Assembly: GCA_964036045.1 (NCBI GenBank)
Contig: OZ038378.1
Coordinates: 41,044,001-41,108,000 of the forward strand
Source of the DNA: Eutreptiella sp. 'Long Island Sound 2002'
Lineage: Eukaryota > Protista > Euglenida
Direction: 5' to 3'
DNA length: 64,000 nt
The notes below the pieces were generated by a model. The model saw only the letters and a program-made list of their open reading frames with translations. It was not told the DNA's origin and did no database searches. Position numbers and translations under genes: made by a program. Of this stretch, positions 35,952 to 47,523 are shown piece after piece (the stretch's first letter is position 1; each line of letters starts with the position of its first letter).

Positions 35952-36952
35952 GTGTGTGCCACAGAGGCTGGATGGTGGCTGTGCTTCAGAGTTCTTACCA
36001 GCAGAGCCCCTCAATCAATCGCGCACCGGTCCAACGCTGTTCGTCAAATCTGTTTGCGCCGTTCCTACGCCATTCCTCCTCCCAGCTGACCTAGGGCCCC
36101 CAGTAGTTGTGCTGCATTGTTTCCATCGCACGCAATGAGTCGCGCGCAATCCACACATTGTGGAAGGCGGCCACGGCAGCTCCGCCCACATGCTGTCCTC
36201 GTTGACCGCGAATGTGTCACAAGAAGAAGGAGGGAAGGACACAAGCAGATGCCATTTTTTGGTTGCACGTTTGGCCTCTCACGCCGTTCCCCATGGTGGA
36301 CACCATGGAGCCCCATTGGTGGGATGTCTATCGGTTAAGGGGAGGACCACATGTTGCTGTCCCCTTCGAAGACGCCAGGACCGTGGGGCATACGGGACAA
36401 GCTTTTCTGTTGGTGTTGGTGTTTTATTTTTTGGGTCCAAGCGTTGAGTTGGGCATTTGATGGTGGACCGCCGGCGGTTGCTGTTTAAGCCTAACCAGTC
36501 TGGGGCGTCAAAGGCTGTTGGTTGCAGATATGCATGTATACACACGGATACGCATATGCATATATACGCGTATATGTACACGCGTACATGTATACGCCAT
36601 GTCTAAAAGGGAAGTCTGCGTATGCACGCAAACATCCATACATCTTCGCATACATGTCGCCACTGTGAACAACGCCCTTGTCACAACAACAGTAGGTGTT
36701 GTTTCTGCAACTTTTGGAACCCTGTCCTATTTTGCCCTTTATCAATACATTCCCGTTGGCAGTAGGTGTTGTTTCCGTCAAATTTTGGGACTTTAGTGTT
36801 CTTCTCGCAAGGGGGGGGGGGTCACTGCACACGTTGCAGTTTGCAGTACTGGCAGTTATTTTCTGGGCTCCGGCCGTTTTGTCGAGACAGCCATTCCACA
36901 ACGTGCATCCCTTTTGCTGCCCTGCCTGCTGCTGCATCCGACTGCCCCACAG

Positions 36953-37170
36953 GCCCCAAACCTGACCACGGTCCAAGCTGTGCGCCAAGGCCTGTTCCTG
37001 GTGGGCAATTTGGGCGATGCCTCTGTCCGGTACTTCAATGTCGTGGGGCCGCTGCAAGTCGCCTTGCAGCACATGCTGCTGCTGGCGACCCCCAAGACCA
37101 GCTGCATCCTCATCACGGACAAAGAGAAGGAGTACGCGGGCTACTCCAACATCTGCCTGCCCTTCAAGAG
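36953..37170 (+). CDS. MHYT-cyclase gene exon 7 (cyclase-like domain, C-terminal half)
   Basis: GLFLVGNLGDASVRYFNVVG. CAG acceptor, GTACGC donor, phase 2. Confidence 0.88.
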
Positions 37171-37329
37171 GTACGCAATGCAATGCTGCTTTCCACACGG
37201 GTCTCGGATCAGGAGGGGATCATCTACCCCCCGATGCTAAGACAACGACCCCATGTTTCCGCGCTTTTTTGAGAACCATGGTTTTTGTGGTTCCTATGCT
37301 CAGATAATGTGGTTTGTAGTTTTGTGCAG

Positions 37330-37519
37330 GCTGCAGGAGCGGTCAAGTTGCATATCAAAGTGTAGGCATAAAAAACGAAAGAACACTGATGCTGTTCCTG
37401 CACCTGAGATGTCTCAGTTTCCAGCTCTTCAAGATGAGGCCAAGGTTGGCAAGAGGTTCTATTTGGTGCCTGTCAATCAGAATGCAAGCAACAGAGCGGT
37501 ACCTGAGTTGTGCAGATGA
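37330..37519 (+). CDS. MHYT-cyclase gene probable last exon
   Basis: TTTGTGCAG acceptor in the phase required by exon 7, ending at TGA. Codon bias is weaker than in the other exons. Confidence 0.5.
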
Positions 37520-37754
37520 GGGTAAATGCTTCGTATCGTTGTGTTTTGAGAGTTAGGGTTGGCTTAGGACTGCAACATGTGATCCATGGTATGTGTCGTG
37601 CACAAACACACGCTTGCGCAAACACTATGACCCTTTGTTTCCGCACTTTTACTGAACCCGGCCCACGTTAGGACAAGGGGGGGAGATACGGGTAGTGGGG
37701 CACTTTGCAGTCCCCCTTCCTGGGATGCATTGGAACGCCTGAGAACCTAGCACG

Positions 37755-40567
37755 CGGCCTATAATTAACTGCTATTCTAGTCGCTAGTCAAATTCCAAAT
37801 AAACGCGTTTATGCGTTTATTTTCCAAAAAACGCCCATTTTTGGGCGAGAATCGCTGTTTATTGATGTTTATTGATGTTTATCGGTGTTTTCACATATTG
37901 TTGCATGCATTGGGGAAGGTTTTGGGTTGCCTTGTTGTGCCATTCGCTTGCAAGAATTATCCTCTCTCGTCTTCTTGTTTGTTCACCCTTCAGACCCTCT
38001 TTTCCTGTCTCGCATCTCGGGATGGGTGGTGATGTATGGATGTGCCGCCTCGGTCCGGTCGCTCCCGAGGGTGCCGATTGGATGCATTTCAGCAATGCCG
38101 CGGCTGCCCTCCAGTACCTGCACTCCCCTGACGGTGGGTCATTGAAGAAGTTGGCCCACACCCAAGTCATACGCGCCGCCAAGGCGGATGGCACGCGTGA
38201 TGGCCGGGCCTTCACCCTGAAGAAGCCGGCGTCTAGTTCAGGCGCATCGGCTGCCCCACGTCCGTCGTCCTCACGTCCCACCCCCTCCCTAAGTCCTTTT
38301 CTTCTTGTTCCGGTAAGGTGTGCATGTTGTGGTGCAAACATTTGTGGCACCAAGTATTCTTGTCAGAGGTGACACAAGGTGGTTGATGAGGCGTGCATGG
38401 CCATGGTTGGAGCAACTGTGCACTGCTTCTCGTGCACCTGCCGTGCCTGTGGACAGGAAGTGTCCACGCCTGATGTGGAATGTCACACGTGTCATTTCCG
38501 CGTGTGTCCGGGGTGCACCACAGATGGTATTTGCACCTCTTGTGTTGAGAGGTGCCGGCCGTCTGACCCCCCCTCCCCCAAGAAACGGCAGTTCAAAAGG
38601 GAGTGGCTTCTTACCCGGTCTTGGCTACGGTATGATGCTACAACGGACAAGATGTGGTGCATTGCATGTCAACAGTACCCTCAACTTGGCCACTCTGTTC
38701 CCTTCGTGCAAGGTACTTCAAACTTCATGCTGTGGTCCCTTAAGTATCACCAACGGTCGGGCTCACACGCTGTGTCCTTGGCCTTGTGGCAATCAGGTGG
38801 TCCGGTGACGTCGGTCATTCAAACCTTGCCCTCTCATGTGCTACAGGGCATCCTGGCCCTATTCAGGACCGTGTACAGGATTGCGCACCGCTCTGGTCCC
38901 CTCAGACATCTAGAAGGGCATGCCGAGCTCGTGTCACGCAATGGAGGCACAATTATCTCAACTTATCGTTCACCCCCCTCCGGTAGGGAGGTGCTTCCCT
39001 TTATTTCCCATCCATTTCGCATTTCCCAGGGTCTAGTAATCAAGGAGTCTTCTTTTTTCATCAGACTCATGCACAGACCGCGCAGCAAAGAAAGAAGAGC
39101 TTTTTTATGTTCGTGCCGTGGTTGATGGAGTGATGGCTACCAATTATTTCTCTTGCCAACCCCTCCCCTCCGGCACCGCTCCAGGAATAGTCACTGCATT
39201 GAAACGGGCCATGGCCCATGCAGACGTGGATCTTGGTGTTTGGATCCGTAAGCTCTTTTTCTACTACGGGGATGGGGCCAGTGTGGTTCAAGGCGAATGT
39301 GGTGGGATTATCCGCATCGTCGGCGACCTACAGAAGGAGATCGCAGGGTACGATGTGGTGGTGCCATACCACGCATCCTGTCACAGATGCGAGCTGGCCT
39401 TTAAGGCCGCCATCGGCACTGACCATGTGTTTCTTGATCTGCTTGCTGACATGTTGCAGTCTGCTGCGTTGTTTCGGAATAATGCTCCCTCTAGGCTCAA
39501 GACATTGCATGCGGTGGCTCTCGCCCTCGATGCCGCATTCTTGAAATTAGGGGTACTGCACACTCGTCGCTGGTGTGCTTTTGCAGCAGATGTCTTGCGC
39601 CGTGTGAAGCGGTGCTATGTGATTGTTGTGCTTGGTTTGCGTGAGGTACACGTGAGCAAGGCAGCGAAGGCAGCGAAAGCGTGGGGAGCGGAGGAACGTA
39701 GATCCGAGGTTTGGGCACGTGGGGAAGCTGCTTGTCAGGGAACTTCCACATGTGCCTACCTCCCTCATTTCCAAATATGCCAAGGGTTTGGTGAAGGTAG
39801 GGTTTGACACGCTGCAGGTCCTGCCATGTTGCACAGTCAAGGATCTCATGTCAGCAGGTGTGTCAAAGGGCCATGCCCTGCAACTCATGAACTCATGGGA
39901 CTCAGGGTCATCATCAGGGAGCAGTAGTGATAGCAGTGACAGTAGAATTCTGATCAGTAGTGACTCGGATGTGCCCGCCCCGGGGGGGTGGGGCACGGCA
40001 CAAGTAATGCATCAGGACAAGGGGGGGGGGGGTATCCGGACTGAGCAGTCCACAGTGCTAAGCTTTTTTCATGCGCAGGGTATGGATTACAGGAAGGGAT
40101 GAGCCAAGATTATTATTCACATGCAAACGCAAACAGCGGGGAAAAAAAAACAACACACGCAGGAAAAATCATTTCAATTGAATGAAGGTCCCAAAAATAA
40201 ACATTTGAATGAAGGTCCCAAAAGTAAACATTTGAATGGAGGTCCCAAAAATGAACAAGGATTGGGAACATCCAAAAATAAACAGCGTGGGGTTTGTTTT
40301 GTACCAAAATTAAAGACATACAAACATATCTAAACATGTAGTAGAGAATTATACAGACCTCAATGGTACCAGCCACATAGAACAAAGTGGTGTCCTATGA
40401 AACTGCAATGGAAGGAATAGGTATAAGGAGGCAAGCAGCTGCAGAATGACCATTTTTGCAAACAATTTGTTTAAAAAAAAGGTAAAAAAACAACAAATTT
40501 TCACCAAAATAAACAAGTTACTAGTCACTAGTCAAATGGCCTTTGGATAGTGTTTATTTAGAGGCTG
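37755..40567 (+). mobile_element. hAT DNA transposon (ZNF862/TTF-finger type), decayed
   Basis: Imperfect TIR CGGCCTATAATTAAC / CAGCCTCTAAATAAAC. 8-bp duplication CTAGCACG (37747-37754) / ATAGCACG (40568-40575). Subterminal 27-bp tandem at about 40190-40255. Confidence 0.85.
38379..39807 (+). pseudogene. hAT transposase with TTF-type zinc finger; frameshifted and C-terminally truncated
   Basis: KRQFKREW...WLRYD...MWCIAC...FVQGTSNF...LKYHQRSGSH, then GDGASVVQG and YHASCHRCELAF. Confidence 0.88.
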
Positions 40568-41074
40568 ATAGCACGGGGGTCCCCACTTCCCCCCCGGACC
40601 TTCACCCCCCCCTCCTCTTTCAATGCGCAATCTCGCAAAAATTCCATGGCATTTATTCGGGAAACCATCCTCTTACCCTTGAGGCCAGAGACCTTCGGAG
40701 AAGTGGGGTGTTTCCTAGACACCCTCCCCCTTCCCTGCCAAAACCCCTCTCCCCTCCCTTGGCACACGCTAGAAGACCCAATCTCGTTCTAGCCTAGATG
40801 GCGCCAGAAGGCTAGAACGGAAAAAAAGAGTTGCCCCCCCCCCGTGGGGGGTGTGTGGGTACTTTGAGGGTTGTAACCTGGACCCCCCTATCCGTACTCG
40901 GGGGCCCATGGTTTTTTCCCCACAATTTTGCTGTTTTCACCTGCTTTTGGAGTCCAAAAAAATTTTCGTTCTACCGACGTTCTAGCGACGTTGTAGCGAG
41001 CGTCGCTAGAAAGTCGCTGGAACATCGCTAGACGGTCGCTAGAACAATATATATGAATGCTCCGCCACTCCTCA

Positions 41075-43906
41075 AAGAGAAGCTGCCCTGGCTACCATGG
41101 CCAGCTGTGGCCAATTACAGGGTCGCGATGCTCGACCCGACTCACGGAGCGCCGCGTCCCCCCCCCCCCACCCCCCGGTTAGCCCGGTTAGCCCCCCACC
41201 CCACCCCACAGGTCACTTGGAAGGCCACTTGGCGGGCCGGCGCCGGGTCACCTGGTGGTGGGTTAGCCCAATTGGCCCGGTTAGCCCAATTAGCCCCCCT
41301 GCCCCCCAGGCCCCGTTTCGCGAGTCGCGACACGTAGGCTACCCCTCCTGCGTGGTGGGGGGTTGCCGGGGCGCATCCTTGCTCCCGGCACCCCCCTTCT
41401 CACCCCCCGTGTCCCCTTCCTTCTCACCCCCCTTCTCACCCCCCTCCCCCTTGTCGTCACCCTCGTCACCCTCGTCATCCCCCGTCGTTCCCGTCGTCCC
41501 GCCCCTCCAAGGCCGCCCGGAGATGGGCCTCCACCTCCTCCGGGGTGCGGAAGAGGAGCTCCCCCGGCACCCGGAAGGTGCCCCCCTCTTTCTCCCGCTT
41601 CCTCTTCTTCCCCTTCTGCCCCTTCTCCCCCCCCTCCCCGGTGGACCCCCGCGACACCACCCACCAGTCCCCCGGGTCCAACTCCTCATCCCAATCCCCC
41701 AACACCGTCACTTGGCTGACGGTCCCCCCATTGCCCCCCTCTGCCCAAGGGACATACCGAGTGTCCCCCACACCCGGCACGTTCCCATAGGGGTCCCAGC
41801 CCCTATTCTCCAAGGGGGGGGGCTTGGCCTTGCCCTTGGCCTTGGGCTTGGCCTTGGCCTGGGCTGCGGGGGGGGGGCGTCTTCCTCGCTACTCTTCAAG
41901 TGGCGGGGTTTCTTGGGTTTCTTGGGGGCCTGGGGGGGGGGGGGGGGGTTGGGTTTGGGGGTTTCGGTGGGGGGTGTCCTCTCCCCGCTGGCACTGTTGA
42001 TGCTGCTGCTGCTGGTGCTGCTGCTCCGCCTCCTGCTGCTACTCTCCCCTCCCTCCTCCCCCACCCTCACCCAACCCCTGCGCCGCGGGTCCATGCCCCC
42101 CCCGCTCTCGCCTGCCTCCCAACTACCCAACCCGTACAACACCGAGAGGGCCATGTTGGGGTCATTCCCCAACATCTTGCCCAATTCGGTGACCCCACGA
42201 GGTGCGTCCGGCCTCCCCCATCGCGCCACTCCACCCGCACCCCGCGGGGGTCGGCTCCACACGTCTGCAGGCTAACAACCTAAGAAGAGAAACAAGAGGT
42301 AGGTGTTTTCTAGCGGCGCTCTAGGCAACTGTTCTGGCGACATTCTAGCGACGTTCTAGCGGCGCCGGCGGCGGCGGCGGTTTGGCTAGATCAACGCTAG
42401 AACGCTTCCCTAGATCAACGCTAGAAGGCATTCAGCATACCGTGCCTTGCCTGTCGAGGCTGGGGGAGATAGCCCCCAGGGCCTTGGCGAAGGCATCCCG
42501 GGGGTTGCGGGGATGCGGCTGCAAGGATCCCCCCGTTGCGGGGGTTGTGGGGGCCTTGGCCTTGGACTCGGGGCGGGAGGCGATGCTGTGCACCAATCTG
42601 GCATACGCCCCCCGGGTGGCGGCCGACGGGTCGATTCCCCCGATCCCCATGATCTCCGACCACGTCAGCGTCTACGTCCACGTTCTCCCAACGCACTCCA
42701 TACCCCCCAGTCCCATCGCCTGCCAGCAGTGGGCGATGAAACGCCAGTGCCCTCCCCCCTTTTTGACGTCGGGAGTGAAGACGTTGAGTTGGGCCAACTC
42801 AAACATCTTCACCCCCTTTTCGGAGGGGGGAGGGGGGCTACCCCCCTCTTCCTCCCGGGCAACTCCGGTTGCCACCACCAGGCCCCTGTTACCCCTGCCA
42901 CCCGCAGGGGTTTGCCCTGGTGGACCCCTCCCTCGTCCGCCCATACCCACCTCCCCTGCCCCAAAATTTGTGATGCACACGGTGCATAAAAAAACGGAGA
43001 GTCCAAATCGGACTCTCCGGGGGGACGAGGAGGGGTTGGTCGAGGTTTGGGGGTTGGGGGCCGGCCAGGACGGCGGGGTCTCATGGCAGGCCCTGGATGG
43101 ACCCCGCCTCCCTGGCCCCCCCCCCAAAACTCTTAGCCACTACCCCGCCCCCACCGCCTTCTCCTCCACCTCCTCCTTCACCTTCTCCTCCACCGTCTCC
43201 TCCACCTCCACCTCCACCACGTCATCCACCACCTCCTCCTTCACTTTTGCCTCCTTCACCACGATCTCCTCTATCCGCCTGACGCTCCTCTCCAGCTGGC
43301 GGATGTTGTCCTCCTTGTCCCTCACCTTCCGCCTCGCCTTCTCGAGGTTGGCGGCGGCCCAACCCTCACGCTCCTCCTCCCCCTGGGCGTGCAGCGCGTC
43401 CACCTTGGCCTCCCACGCCACCACCTTGGCCTCCGCCCTGGCCTTCGCCCCCCGCTGCGCCCCCAGGGAATTGGAGAGACTTTGTAGCTCCCGACGCAGC
43501 GACTCTAGCTCGTGCTCCTCGTCCTCCTCCACCACCGCCTCCGGCTTGACCGCCTTGGCCGACTTCTTGGCGGCAAGGGGGTGAGGGGGTGGCAACGAAG
43601 GAGGAGGATGTTGGGCTTGGGGTTGGGGCTTGGCCAGGGGTTTTGCCTTGGGCTTGGCCTCGGCCTCGGCCGCCCGGTGGCGCATCACGTCGGCCAGCAA
43701 CTCCGCGGTCTAGCGTTGCTAAACAAAAATAGCAGCAGCGTTCTAGCGACGTGCTAGGCAACTGTTCTAGCGGCGTTCTAGCGACGTTCTAGCAACCGAT
43801 CGTGCTGCCTAGATCAACACTAGAATGCTCCCCTAGATCATCGCTAGAACGCACGATAAAATACCTTTTCCAAAATCTGCTCGATCAAATCCTGCTCGGC
43901 GGACAT
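41075..43906 (-). pseudogene. Element C gene 2: spliced, low-complexity coiled-coil protein of unknown function
   Basis: ATG at 43906. GT-AG introns at 43710-43864 and 42280-42440; the first joins MSAEQDLIEQILEK to TAELLADVMRHR in frame. E/K/A-rich heptads. Later stops and frameshifts. Confidence 0.6.
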
Positions 43907-43909
43907 GTT

Positions 43910-44322
43910 GCTGATGCTGAAGAGTCTGTCCGAGGGAAGCCGGCATGTGGCCCCGGCCCCTCCTCACCTCCATGGCATCCCTGCCCGAGCATGGAATTTG
44001 AGACCGGGGCCCCCGGTGCACAACCCACGACATGTCGAAGTATGCAAACAGCCATGTCATGCATTGTGCTTGCACAACGGCCTCCCTGTGGATGGCCGAC
44101 CATTTACGCCCTGACACCTCGTCCACCCCCTCCACCTGACACCCCCCCCCCCCAATTGGCTGTGCTCGTTATGACCATGTTTCAGAAAGCACTTAATGCT
44201 TTCTGAAATGTCACCGCACAACATGGCCAACCCAAATGGTCAAATGTTCTGCAACATGGCATCTACATCGTGCTCTAGGCTCAGTAGATACCATGATGCT
44301 GTACCAATGGTACAATGCCTTA
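43910..44322 (-). pseudogene. C-terminal part of the element C transposase, downstream of the B insertion
   Basis: Removing B plus one TA gives GCA CTC TTA AGG CAT, continuing as SWYLLSLEHDVDAML...GDISESIKCFLKHGHNEHS, the putative catalytic E region. Confidence 0.65.
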
Positions 44323-44801
44323 GGGGGCCTTAATTGCCCGCCCTGGTGACCCTCAAGAAGTCGAATTTGTTACCCCGAACTGGGGTGTTTTTTTAGGGTA
44401 TGAAATGCAGGGGGGGGGGGTCGCTGTTTCAATTTGTATTTTAAAAGCCATTTTTTGAACCATACCAATCTTCCAATTCTAAATAGTCAATTTCAACCCC
44501 CAAATCAGCCAAGTTCCAAAAATGAAGCGAAATTTCGCCACTCCTTTGAAATTGGCCGATATCATACCCCTTTTTCATGTATTTTTTCACTCATGAGATG
44601 CGAAATTTCGCCACTCCTTCATTATTTGATGTTTTGATACCCTTGTTGTGTATTTGTATATTTGTGTGCTAATTTGATTTCATTTGTACCGAAATTTGTG
44701 CCTTTGATGAATTTTATGAACATTCCGACAATCTTGACATGCAGTATGTTCCCTGTTCTGAGGCAAATATGTGAGTATTTGCTTTGAGGTGACCACAGGA
44801 C

Positions 44802-47076
44802 ATGGATGCGGCACTGCTAAGGGTGGTTGTGGCAAGTCGTGAGTTTCAGAACGTTGATGACCTCATGACCGATGTTGCCAATGGTGGCTCTGCAAGGTTA
44901 TTGGCTTTCTGGGCCTTGGCAATGCAGATCAATCGACGATCACGGAAGGACTTTGCACGGTTGCTGTTTGCCCATGTAATACGGAAGAAGCCCCGTTGGT
45001 ATACTCTTTTCTCAAATCAATTGCTATGCGTGTGGCGACTTCTGAGAAAGATGGCAGCCCCTCATGCACAGTCCCAGGATGTACCAATATCTATTTCATT
45101 GAGCTGGAGGACCCGCCGATTGTTGGCTCCCACAGGACTTGTGCATGCAGCTATGCCCTCACTTGCTGCCAATGCGCGACAACAAGCAACTTGGCTTTGG
45201 CAAAGCATGCAGAACCACCAAATGGCGCTCCGGCATGACAACTGGGTGAAAAAGAATTTTGGGGTGGACCCGCTGCATCCTGACCACTCCATAAATGGCA
45301 CAGTTGTGGCCGTGTTACATTTGCCAGCCCTACCACCATTTCCGGGTCATCTCTCACTAATTGATGCCGTTCAGACAAATGGGGCACGTGTTGATGCTTT
45401 ACAACTTCGTCATGCGGATCTGCTTCGGCGGGTTTATGCTCTTCCTGACATGATTCAGCGTACCTTTGTCAGAGTTCCCCTAGACATTGTGCGGCAAAAT
45501 GTGCTATCTCTCCGTTGGCAACCAATGATGCTGTCTCAACTGCGGTGTGGAACCAAACTGGATCACTTGAAACTGTTAAATACAATCCGCCATGTGCAAC
45601 ATGCAACTCGTCATGATTTACCACTGTGTGTGGATATGCAGATTCACTATGAGCTCTTGAAATACTTGTATGGGGAGAGTTGCACTTCATGGAACTTCCA
45701 TTTGCAGTGGTCAAGCCTCCCCCTCATCTACGGGGTTTGGCACCCGTACAAGCATATGATCACCATGCTTTACCGCAACTTTATGCCCATTATGTGTTTC
45801 ATCGCGAGAGTACACAACAATTTCAAGGAAGGGGATGCAGTACCAACAAAGGTTAAGCTCCTTCATATGGAGAAGACAATACTGGCGCTTTGTCTGAATG
45901 CTGGCACTTACCTACCAAGAGTTCAGGCAAAACTTGATGCATGTGCCGTTGCGGCGCAGAATGAACCATTGACGGACATGCAGTCTAAAAGCAAGGAGCT
46001 ACTTTTGGGGTTGAAGGTGTTGTTGAAGGAGTATTGCCCTGCTGCATTTAGGATTGGTGTCCTTGTGAGAGACTCTAATTGGGCTAGAATGCCTTGGCAG
46101 TGCTGGAGTCCTGTTTGTTGGTTATGCTTTCTTTGGTGGGTGATCAATGGGAGAATGTGGAGTACATCAAGACATTGGTGGCTCCTCTGGTCACATGGCA
46201 GCATTGGCACTCTCGAACGCCCGGTTGTATTCGCAGTGAGGAATATGGGGAGGCTATGTTGAGCAGGTTGTGTGCACAGTGCCGGATATGGACTACCATC
46301 ACATCCCTCAGTGGCACCTCCGAAATTTTTGTAACGTTGATTCGGACCTTGACAGGGAGGAAGAGCCTGCGGTTCTCAGTGACAGAGAAGTGTGTGAAGC
46401 GGTATGGGTCCAATCTGAGACAGTTTATTATGAGTGTGTCTGTTGCATCCTTTTCATTGTACAATGGAAGCCGCCACCCCTTCGGGTAGTAGAAGCAATT
46501 GTGTTGCGTAGTGTAGATGACCTTCGGTTTCCTAGTACATTTGCAGCTGTTCCACCACGTAGCGTTCTTTTCAGTGTCTTCCACAAATGTATTAGGACCC
46601 TTCTTCGTAAGAACCCCCCAAGTCATGACCTTCTTACGGTTCTACAGCAAACAGTGCCTCCATGAACGATTGCAGGGCAACGGAATGTGGATATCCAGAG
46701 AGTGATGCAAATTACCCGCCCGCCGAAGCCCAAACCAAAACCAAAACCCAAACCATGGAAACCCGTTGCAAAACTAGGTGCCCCCCCCCCCCCCCCAGAC
46801 ACGGTGCGCCCATCGCCAAACGTGCCCCAAGGAATCCAAAACCACCAGCCCAACCTGGCCCACAGCAACCAGTACCGCAAAATAGGGTGCAGCATCCGAA
46901 TGGGGGGGGACCCAGGTGCCGACAATGCGAGCGATGACGAGGACGATGGCCCCGAGGTGGCCTTTTTTGCAGTCCACAGTGACAGTGATGACAGCAGTGT
47001 GTGTGATGATGACGACGTAGTAGCTATTCTGGATGAAGAGGAGGTTTTTGGACAGGATACTTCACCATGGGATTGA
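44802..47076 (+). pseudogene. Element B gene 1: putative DDE-like transposase of an unassigned family, acidic tail
   Basis: 486-aa ORF plus frameshifted continuations (46094, 46270, 46687). Candidate D (HDNW), D (CVDM), GVWH and E (EEYGE). Homologous to A gene 1. Confidence 0.7.
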
Positions 47077-47523
47077 CATACCTGTAGTCTTCACAATGTA
47101 GAAGATAGTGTCCCTTGATTGTGTTGTTTTTGCATGGAGTGGCGAAATTTCGCCACATTTGAGATGTTTGATGTTTTCAACAGTGTTTTTAGCATATTTG
47201 ATTTGAGACGCGAAATTTCGCTTGCTTTTGGGTTTTGTGTGTTTTGAGCCTGTGTCCCACAGGGTACTGTTACACTGCTGCCACTTGTACCACTAATGTG
47301 CTATTCATTTTTGTGTGTGATCCCCACTCTCATGATTTTACGTATTCCCTTTTGCTGAGGCTGTCATGATGTGTGATTTCAGCTGCTCTCTGCAACGGTC
47401 CTGGATTTATCCTTGCAAAGGCTATAATTTAGGAATAACTGGTCCGGAAACAACCAAATCACCACTGTCTGTCAACGTTATCCATGCCCAGAGCACCCTG
47501 ATTTCCACCAAGCCTCCACAGTC

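Noticed and set aside
41097-43584. Plus-strand 392-aa and 400-aa ORFs
   Set aside because: They are Pro/Ser/Leu-rich shadows of the minus-strand low-complexity gene, whose splice sites and coiled-coil composition are on the minus strand.
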